Part shown: positions 54,850 to 64,000 of the stretch, piece by piece
Numbering within the stretch: position 1 is the stretch's first letter
Layout of the letters: every line of letters starts with the position of its first letter
Position numbers and translations under genes: made by a program
The notes under the pieces: model-generated
What the model saw: only the letters and a program-made list of their open reading frames with translations
What the model was told of the DNA's origin: nothing
Databases searched by the model: none
Source of the DNA: Eledone cirrhosa
Lineage: Eukaryota
DNA length: 64,000 nucleotides
Direction: 5' to 3'
NCBI GenBank assembly: GCA_964016885.1
Contig: OZ024753.1
Location: forward strand, 18,972,001 to 19,036,000

Positions 54850-57800
54850 GCCATTGTAATAGAGCCAAACAAGGCATTTAGTCTTGGCTGCGTACGCTGC
54901 TTGACAGGAATTCCTTGGAGAGTCCTGAACGAAGGACCGCTTTGTTGCAAAGGAGTTTCGACGTTACGATCTTGACATCGTGGCTTTATCTGAGACGAGG
55001 TTAGCTGGAGATGGTCATCTTACAGAATTTTGTGGAGAATATACATTCTTCTGGAAAGGAAGAGATGAAGGAACCAGAAGAGAGGCTGGGGTAGCATTTG
55101 CTGTTAAGACTGTTCTTGTGAATAAATTAGAAGCATTCCCAGTAGGGATTAGTGAGAGTCTTATGTCCATGAGAATTCCACTGGACAAAGGAAGATATGC
55201 GACCCTGGTGAATGTGTATGCTCCAACTATGAATTATGTCGATGAATAAAAAGTGTCCTTTTAAGAAATATCCCTCACTAATCCCTACTGGGAATTCTTC
55301 TAATTTATTCACAAGAAAAGTCTTAACAGCAAATGCTACCCCAGCCTCTCTTCTGGTTCCTTCATCTCTTCCTTTCCAGAAGAATATATATTATCCACAA
55401 AATTTTGTAAGATGACCATCTCCAGCTAACACCATAAAAGGTCTTTTAAAAAATATCCCTCAGGCAGACAAAGTCTTCGTGTTTGGTGACTTTAATGCTA
55501 GAGTGGGTAGGGATTTTAACTCATGGAATGTAATCGTAAGGCATGGGGTGGGAAAGTGTAACAACAATGGTATGCTCCTGCTGCAGATGTGTGAGGAGCT
55601 GGATATCTGTTTGTTAACAACACCATGTTCCAACAGAAGAACAAATTCAAGACCACATGGATGCATGCTGCTTCTAAGGAATGGCATATTTTGGACTACG
55701 TCCTAGTCAGGATGCGTGACAAACAGGATGTGCAGTGTGTTCGTGCTCTTCGTGGAGCTGAGTGCTGGACGGACCACAGTCTGGTACGCGCAAAAGTGAA
55801 ATTAATCACTAAACGTAAAATCCGGGCTCCTGATTTTGCCCTGCCCAAAATAATGAATGCTGCTCGTCTTAAGGATAAAAATGTGAAGAGAACATTGCAA
55901 GAAGAGATGCAGGTTGCATATATTGGTGAGGATTGACCTACCCTTAAAAAGTCTGTTTATAATGTAGGCAAGCGTGTTCTGGAATTGGTGCAGAGAAAAC
56001 ATCAGAACTGGTTTAATGAGAATGATGTACATATAGAAGACTTTTTTGGCTGATAAGAGGCGTGCTCTGTCACGCTACTTGACGGCAAAACCACAGGAGA
56101 GGAATACGTTGCATGAGGCACTCAAGGATGTAAAATCACGTCGTGTTAGGCGGAGTCTTTCTCAGATGAAGGATCAGTGGTGGAGTGAGAAGGCTGATGA
56201 GATACAAACTGCGTCAGATTCCAATAACACAAAGCTGTTGTACAGTCTCTTGCGTGAGGTTTATGGACCGTCTTCTTCTCTGTTGACACCGCTTCGCAGG
56301 AAGGATGGCAAATAATTTCTTTGTGACTCAAGGAATTCTACGTAGGTGACGAGAGCACTTTGATGATCTTTTGAATCAGCCGTCTGATATTCAATGAAGA
56401 TTTCCTCAATCTCATTCCAGAAAGTCCTGTGAAATTAGCTCTCGCAGAACCTCCGAAACTTGTGGAGGTTGCAGTGGCTATCTCGAAGCTGAACAGTGGA
56501 GGGTCTCGAGGTATGTATGGCATATGTGCTCAGCTCCTACAATATGGTGGTGAGAGACTCCTGCAACATCTTTACTCTTTGTTTGGCAGGATATTGGCTA
56601 ATGAATCTGTCCCCGAGGACTGGAGAGATGCAGTAATGGTGGTCTTGTACAAGGAAAAGGGTAACAGGAATGATTGTGGGATCTAATGAGGTATATCATT
56701 GTTTTCTGTCGTAGGGAAAGTTTTAGGTAGGGTGCTTCTGGACCGTCTGTTGACACACATTGTAGATTGTGTTCTTCCTGAAAATCAATCTGGTTTTCGT
56801 GCTGGACGCGGCACTACTGATATGATCTTCTCAGCTAGACCACTCCAGGAGAAGTGCATGGAACAAGGTTTGCATCTGTATCAGGTTTTTGTCGATCTGA
56901 CAAAAGCTTTCGATACTGCTAACGGAAACGGATTATGGAAGGTTCTCCAGAAACTGTGTTGCTCTGATGAGTTCCTTGCTTTAGTTAGGGTTTAATGTAG
57001 GAGGTAACATGTCGGAGCCTATCTCAGTAAAACATGGACTGAAACAGCGGGATATTCCTGCACCGACCCTGTTTGCCATATACTTTGCAGTGGTTTTCTG
57101 TATTGCATTAAAGAATTGCGAGCATGGTGTTTACATCCGATATCGAACCTCAGGCAGCATATTTAACATCAGGCGCTTTGCTGCAAAGACAAAAGTATTT
57201 ACATCAATCATAAGAGACCTCTTGTATGCAGATGATTGTCATCTTGTAGCGCACACAGATAGTGATATGCAGCACATTTTGAATGCATTTTCTGACGCTT
57301 GCACTGCACTAGGATTGACTGTCAGTCTCAAGCAATCGTCGTCATGTACCAAGCTGCCCCTGGTAAGCAGTACACTGAACCAAATATCTATGTGTATGGT
57401 AAACGACTTGGAGTGGTTGGTCAGTTTGTCTACTGGGGAAGCACTGTCAATCCATACAGCAACATTGATAGTGAAATCTCACTTAGGATTAGGAAAGCAA
57501 GAGATGATTTCGGAAAGCTAGAAAGGCGATTCTGGGGTTGGCGAGACATATGCAAGAATACAAAGGTAAAGGTGTACAAGGCATGTGTGCTCTCTTGTCT
57601 TCTTTACGCCTGCGAGACATGGGTCACATATCGACACCACCTTAAGCAATTGGAGCGTTTCCATCAGTTGTGTCTCAGACGGATCCATAGCGTTCACTGG
57701 AGGGACCACATCAGTGATGTCGAGATTTTGGAATGCTCTATGTGTGACAGTATAGAAGCTATTGTGCTTAAGCAACGACTCCGTTGGAGTGGTCACCTTG

Positions 57801-58580
57801 CCAGGATGAAGAATTCTAGAATACTAAAACAATTCCTTTATGGAGAGTTAGTTAAAGGAAAACGACCGCCACATAAACTAAAAAATAGAGGTATAAGGAT
57901 TCCTTGAAAGCCTCTCTGAAAGACGCGAACATCTCTGCTGAGACATGGAAAAATATTGCTGCTGATCATAATAAATGGAGAAAAACTATATGACGGAAAA
58001 GTTGCTTTTGGGGCATCTCGAATCGCATACGAGAAAGTAAAGCGGGATGTGAGGAAGGGCATTGCTGTTACACTTCCAGACGGCGAGGGTCCTCCTATGG
58101 TGCTGACATGCAGCGTCTGTGCGAGATTCTGCCTAAGCAAAGCAGGACTCGAAAGTCATCTTCGCAGTCATAAAGTAAGACCAGTGGTTGACTACCATGC
58201 TGCTATTGGAGATGCTATTCATCATGCTTGCCAAGCATGTGGTAGAGAATGTAAATCAACAGGAGGGCTCAAACGACATGCAAAAGTACATGAACTCCAA
58301 CCACAGCCGGCTATTCCCAGTGAATGTTTTGGTAGCCGACTCTGTGCAAGACATTTTAGATCATTGGCTGGGCTAAAAAGCCACATTCGATTGCGGCGCT
58401 GTTAGTTGCTATCGTGTGAGTGTGTGTATAACTATGTTTATGTGTGTACGTATATATATATATGTATATTATTATTGTTGTTGTTGTCGTTATTATTATT
58501 GTTGTCGTTATTATTATATTTGTTATTATTATTTTTCTCGTACAATGGCCATACTCGATAACGAGGGGGCAGCCATCATG
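54850..58580 (+). mobile_element. Decayed RTE/BovB-like LINE (APE, RT, C-terminal C2H2 fingers)
   Basis: [73 protein letters not shown]. Confidence 0.93.
57956..58405 (+). CDS. C-terminal C2H2 zinc-finger region of the RTE polyprotein
   Basis: CSVC..SHLRSH, CQAC..RHAKVH and a degenerate third finger. Confidence 0.75.
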   Translation: MLLIIINGEKLYDGKVAFGASRIAYEKVKRDVRKGIAVTLPDGEGPPMVLTCSVCARFCLSKAGLESHLRSHKVRPVVDYHAAIGDAIHHACQACGRECKSTGGLKRHAKVHELQPQPAIPSECFGSRLCARHFRSLAGLKSHIRLRRC

Positions 58581-58636
58581 TATGTATGTATTTTTGTATG
58601 TATGTATTTGTGTATGTATGTATATATATCTATCTA

Positions 58637-59170
58637 TGACTGCCGAGTCCATAGTAAGGACCCAACCGCCAGGCTCTTTGAAAAACGAATGTGAGGCGGT
58701 TTTCCTCTGTACAGTGGCTATGGTGAAAGAGGTTATATGGTGGACGAGATTGAGAGAATTGAGGACAGATGCCTTTCAACAATTGATTCCCTTCTTTAAG
58801 TATCACTTTAGAAGGAGAATCAGAGTGGAGAGAGAGGCACTGCGCCCCAGTAAATTTACTGAAAGGTGGGTGAATAAAGCGAAAATGGCCCGAGTGATTG
58901 AGCCTTCTCTGTTTATAAGCCTGTAGGTTAAAGAAGAGAGCAAAAGCAAGAGAGAAGAATTTGCACAACAAGCTCATGGAGTTGAGGGTTGTTCTATCTA
59001 CGGAGTATAAAGCAAACCATTGAAACGCCTCCCCCCTATTGTGGATTTCGATTGTTTAAATTTATTTGTTTTTTGTTAATATTTTTACACGAATTGTATG
59101 TAATTCCTCGGCATGCGTCCTTGTAGTGTACCCCCGCTTTTTGTGCGCCCTTGTGACAAATAAAGAAAGT
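58637..59170 (+). mobile_element. 3' end of an L1/Tx1-type LINE
   Basis: ORF2-terminal KEVIWWTR...FTERW, then a 3' UTR ending AATAAAG. Confidence 0.6.
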
Positions 59171-59454
59171 TATCTATGTTCTTCTGGTTTTATAATTTCA
59201 CCAATTTTTGCTAATAGAGAGAGAGTCGGTTAATAACATAGACACATGACTCTCTCATTAGAATTTACACATCAACTAGGTAGATGTGTACGTATGTCTA
59301 CATGCATGCATGTGTGTGCAGGTATGGATGTTATTGTATGTGGGGACGTGGATGTTTTGAGGTGTATGTGTGCATTTGCATGCGCTTTGTATCTGTACAA
59401 ATATATATGCACTTATTAGATGCAGAATGTTTGGAACGTTTTACATATTTTCAC

Positions 59455-61105
59455 ACTTCCATTAATGGACTGTACTTGTAATTTCCTAACTAGTCGTGTT
59501 CTTTATGTTCGCGTGAAGCCCAGCTTCTCAAGATTTGTATTGAGGCAGCTACTAACATACCCCAGTGCTCCAATAATCATAGGCATAAATCTGAAGGTGT
59601 AATCAGGGTGGAGTATCTGCAGATTTCTCATTAGTTCGCCATTTCACTAATCTTTGATATTATATTGGCATCTGTGCATGCCTTCTTTTCCCTGTCCCAT
59701 ATCATTATATCTGGTCTGTTTTGCCTGCATTTTATTGGGGCTTTTACTGGAAAATTCCACCAGTACTCTTTCATATTATATATATATGGATGTCTTCCCC
59801 ATTGCTGTAGCTTTTAATGTGTATCAGGGCTATCTTTTCTACGGATTTGGCCACTATATCATGCCTCATAGGTAGATAGTACCGCGATGATATCTTTGGA
59901 CAGCTGCTTATGACATGGGTGACATCTTTGATGTGAAATCTGCAGAGTCTGCACTTGTCACATCTAGGTGTTTTGTCTGCATCCCTATCTCTTTTGTGAA
60001 TCAGGTATTTCGTGTTAATCACCTGTTCTTGGATTGAAAAAGCGTATCTTTCAAAGTAGGAGCTAATATAGCGGTTGTTGGTCCAAGATAGATAACTTTC
60101 CTTATCTATATTACTCTCACACTGGAGCTTCCTTGCAATATAACAGTGCATGATTTTTTGCTGATAAGCATGCAGTTTTTCATCCATGGATTCACTGCGG
60201 TACTGCTGGGAAATTTCCGAGGGTCTGAGTTTTTGATTATCACACAGGGAATATCTTTCAAGGAGTTCCTTGCCAACTCTCATGATCTTATCTGTCTCAT
60301 GCGGTCTATGTCACTGTTGATGTGGAAGTTTCCGGTGTTGTTTAGTATTTTTCGAATCCTAACATCAATTGTTCGGATTTCATCTATCGTCCAATTAAGT
60401 ATTCCAAACTTTGGTGTTAGGACAGGCATAGCAAATAAAGTGTCAGCCACTGTTTTATTATGCGAAGGGAGTTCCGATGACCATATTTTTCTTAATCGGG
60501 TGTAATATTCCCTGGTTACGCGTTCTTTATTACAGATACCATTATAGGATATGTTCTCATCTATCCCCAGGTATCTGTAGCAGTCCTCATCAGATATCGC
60601 TGAAACAGTTTGACCATTGATACACATGTTGCTAGATTGGGTTGTAGTTTTTCCCCGCTTTACAGTCATATATGAACATTTATCTTGGCCAAACTCTATT
60701 TCTATATCCTTTGAGAAGGTTGTAACCAGGTTAAGATTTTTCTTCATCCCATCCATGTTCTTGGAATAGAGTTTCAGATCACCCACAAAGAAATTATGGG
60801 TTAGGTTCGTATTTCTGTCTTCCTGTAAGCCAATGATGTATCCTTCATATTTCTTGAGCAGAAAGGACAAAGGGTTTAATGACAAGATAAATAGTATCAC
60901 AGAGAGATGACCCTTGAAATATACCCCTGTGGTATTCTATTTTATCAGTGGAAATAGAATACCACAGGAAATAGAATACCTTAGGATATTAGCCCAAGAA
61001 GAAGACAGCTTCTATATATGGCTCTGATAATAATGTCTGGGACTTTAGCAAGTCGGAAGGCCTCTATCATCCAAGAGTGGGGAACAGAATTGAAAGCTTT
61101 CCTGT
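59455..61105 (-). mobile_element. R4/Dong-clade LINE (RT, CCHC, RLE), decayed
   Basis: LSLNPLS, FVGDLKLY, FGQDKC, YRYLG, CRLC..HVISSC..RHD. Confidence 0.88.
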
Positions 61106-61791
61106 ATGTATGTATTTATGTATGTATGTTCTTCTGGTTTTATAATTTCACAAATTGTTACCAATATATAGAGAGTGGATTTCTAAGATAGACACAAGAC
61201 TCTTTCATTGGAATTAACACAACGTCAACTAGGTAGATTATGTATGCATGTCTGCACGTGTAGTTATGGATGTTATTGTACGTATGTATGTACGTATGTA
61301 TGTATGTATGTATGTATGTATGTATGTATGTATGTATGTATGTATGTATGTATGTATGTATGTATGTATGTATGTATGTATGTGCAAGTCATTTTAGATC
61401 ATTGGCTGGGCTAAAAAGCCACATTCGATCGCAGCGCTGTTAGTTGCTATCGTGTGTGTGTATGTGTGTATAGATATGTTTATGTGCGTGCTTGTATGTG
61501 TATATATATATGTATATGTATATCATTATTGTTGTTGTCGTTAGTGTTGTTGTTATTATTATTATTATTATTATTATTGACGAAAGTGGATGTACGTTTT
61601 TTGAAGCTCCGTGAGTAAGCAATTTTTTGAGGATTAATTGTAGAGAATTGTTTATTTTTTGTACCGCTGAAGCATTATAAGACATTAATTTGTATCCTGT
61701 GAAGGAATAACTCATAATATTTGGGCCTTTTGGCCCAAATATTTGAACTTTATTTTGAAAAAAAAAATAATAATTTTTTTCTCAAAAAAAC

Positions 61792-63702
61792 ATGGCGGAG
61801 CCACGCCCCCTAGAGGCGGGTCTGCTGTCGTGCAACGGCGACTTGAGCGTTGAGAGGAGAGGTGAGGCGAGGAGCGCCACCAGCACGAATGTGAGCAGCG
61901 ACAGTGCCAGCACCAACGGGCCGAGCGGCGCGGAAGGTGGTAACAGCGACAACACCAACACCAACAAGCCGAACAGCGCAGAAGGTGGTAATAGCGAGAG
62001 CACCAACAAAACGAACAGCACAGAGAGTAATAGTAGCGACAGCAGCAGCACCAACAAGGCCAACAGCACAGAAGGTAACCACGACACAGGGGAGAACAAC
62101 AACAGCAATAGCAGCAGCAACACCAACAAGAACAACAACAGTGACAACACCAACAAGAACACTTTCGCTGCTGTGGCAGCGGCTAAAAGGAGACCATGCT
62201 ACAGCATCGACTTAACCAACAGAGAGGAAAAGTTGGCCCAGGCCTGGAAAATCATAAATCAAGAGCAGACCTGGGCAAACTTAACTGTCCCGGCAGAAGC
62301 CATTGAGGCAGTGGAAAAAAGAACGGTGCATTTCAGATGCATCTCAGTAGAGACAAAGAGGGCAGCGATAATCGCCCAAGCTGACATAGAAGCCGCACTG
62401 AAATACATCAGAGAGGACACAGACTTCATAGAGAGGGGCAGGCAATACGGCACCGTTTCGGTGCTGTTCAAGTCTGAAGCCCTCGCTGTGAAGCATTCAA
62501 TGACCCCTTGCAAAACCAGCAAGGTCATAATGTACCCCTCCCACATGGGAAAACGAATAGCACGTGTGCGCATTCCCAGGATTCCACCAGGACTTGATAT
62601 GTGGTGGCTCCTGGGTTGCGTAATCGTGGAAGGAACGGATACAGTCCCGGTAGAGGCAACGAGAACTGCCAGGGACGACTGGTCCGGGGTTGATCTGGAG
62701 ATACTGCTCCAAATCAGACCCGAAAACGTAAAAACAATCCCGGACCACATCCGCCTCCAAAACGGGAGGGTGTTGCATATAATGACTGAGGGCAAAAGGC
62801 CGCATTGTTTCCTTTGTGGGGAAACGACACACTTGCGAGCCTTCTGCCCTCAACTGCCGAAAAGCGCAAGGGGTCGAAAGATTCCACTGCTGGCGACGCC
62901 GGGACAAGGACCACCAGCAACACCGTCAACAATGGAACCACCAAAATTGCACACCCAGGGGGGAAACGAGGAAAGCTCTCCCATTCCCCCTCCCCCCCAA
63001 AATACACACACGAACAAGAACATAAACACTCACTCAGACACAAACACGCTCACAGCCACAGACCCCTCATCCTCCAGCAGTGAAGATGAGGGAAAACCAA
63101 AGTCCCCCAAAATACAAAAAACAAAACACAAAAAAAAAAGAAATCCACAAAGCACAAACACCCCCACAAAAAAAAATACACACACCACCCACACAAACAT
63201 TTTCCCCACAGCATCACCAACACAACCACCAAAATCCCCCAAGCGCAAACAAGCTAAACAGACACAAGAACAAATAGACACACAAACATCAGAAACTACA
63301 GACACCCCACCCACAACAAACGCAGACACAATAGAAACAACACTAACAAAGCTATCACCACCACAATCACACGAACAAATAAAACCCGAGCAACAAAACA
63401 TTAAAAACTTCGTGCTTGCCAGAAGGGCCAACAAGGAATTGATGGCCCATGTAGCACGAAGCACAAACATCGAAAAAGACGGGGAAACATTTGAAGCGAG
63501 CACATTTCGCGTACCAGATAATTTGCTTCTGATGCGAATGTCGCTCGCTTCATACAAAGAAATTCGAAAGAGCTTTCCTCGGGATGTGGGAACCCCGAAC
63601 GTAAAACCCACGTCAAGACTATTAAAGGGGTTCCCAAAAGAAACCCCACAAACCATGGAGGTCGAACCACCCGACCTTCACAAGACCCCGGAAGGTAAGT
63701 AA
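61792..63702 (+). CDS. L1/Tx1-clade LINE ORF1 (gag-like, CCHC knuckle)
   Basis: Intact 636-aa ORF with CFLCGETTHLRAFC, directly upstream of an APE ORF. Confidence 0.85.
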   Translation: MAEPRPLEAGLLSCNGDLSVERRGEARSATSTNVSSDSASTNGPSGAEGGNSDNTNTNKPNSAEGGNSESTNKTNSTESNSSDSSSTNKANSTEGNHDTGENNNSNSSSNTNKNNNSDNTNKNTFAAVAAAKRRPCYSIDLTNREEKLAQAWKIINQEQTWANLTVPAEAIEAVEKRTVHFRCISVETKRAAIIAQADIEAALKYIREDTDFIERGRQYGTVSVLFKSEALAVKHSMTPCKTSKVIMYPSHMGKRIARVRIPRIPPGLDMWWLLGCVIVEGTDTVPVEATRTARDDWSGVDLEILLQIRPENVKTIPDHIRLQNGRVLHIMTEGKRPHCFLCGETTHLRAFCPQLPKSARGRKIPLLATPGQGPPATPSTMEPPKLHTQGGNEESSPIPPPPQNTHTNKNINTHSDTNTLTATDPSSSSSEDEGKPKSPKIQKTKHKKKRNPQSTNTPTKKNTHTTHTNIFPTASPTQPPKSPKRKQAKQTQEQIDTQTSETTDTPPTTNADTIETTLTKLSPPQSHEQIKPEQQNIKNFVLARRANKELMAHVARSTNIEKDGETFEASTFRVPDNLLLMRMSLASYKEIRKSFPRDVGTPNVKPTSRLLKGFPKETPQTMEVEPPDLHKTPEGK

Positions 63703-63731
63703 ACCTTTCCTCTCCCATTCATCCTGCCAGC

Positions 63732-64000
63732 ATGGCCATAAGAGTAGGAAGTTTAAATGTTCGTGGCCTGGGGTCGCCCTGGAAGCAAGGTCACTTGCTC
63801 AACGACCTCAGGTCACTAGGAATGGATGTAATTGCCATCAGCGAGACCAGAATTTCCGACACACGCGCACTGGCGCCGATTTTCGACGATTATCAGATCT
63901 TTGCATCTGTTAGTCGGCCGGGAATGGGAGGTGGAGTGGCTGTGCTGTTTAGGAAATGTCTGGATCTCGAGGTAAGGTCAATCTTCCGGGATCCTGACGG
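63732..64000 (+). CDS. L1/Tx1 ORF2 N-terminal APE endonuclease (runs off the window)
   Basis: MAIRVGSLNVRGL...DVIAISETR...GGGVAVL. Confidence 0.9.
   Translation, partial: MAIRVGSLNVRGLGSPWKQGHLLNDLRSLGMDVIAISETRISDTRALAPIFDDYQIFASVSRPGMGGGVAVLFRKCLDLEVRSIFRDPD

Overview
Eukaryotic, AT-rich, microsatellite-laden DNA with no supportable host gene. The SINE, RTE and R4 content suggests an octopus or other cephalopod genome (inference). The window is mostly a mosaic of retroelements: at least seven Penelope-like elements or fragments (PLEs; RT plus C-terminal GIY-YIG), three RTE-clade LINEs, two R4/Dong-type LINE fragments, an L1/Tx1-type element with an intact ORF1, about a dozen tRNA-derived SINEs and a mariner relic. 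The most striking signal is non-coding. More than a dozen type-I hammerhead ribozyme (HHR) motifs from about ten unrelated sequence families occur in PLE termini and in short ORF-less fold-back or tandem mini-elements, almost all abutting (TA)n tracts. Three unrelated families carry a non-canonical UUGANAA core (C3U plus G8A compensatory change), and two families show stem covariation between copies. All folds and element boundaries were read by eye and are approximate.
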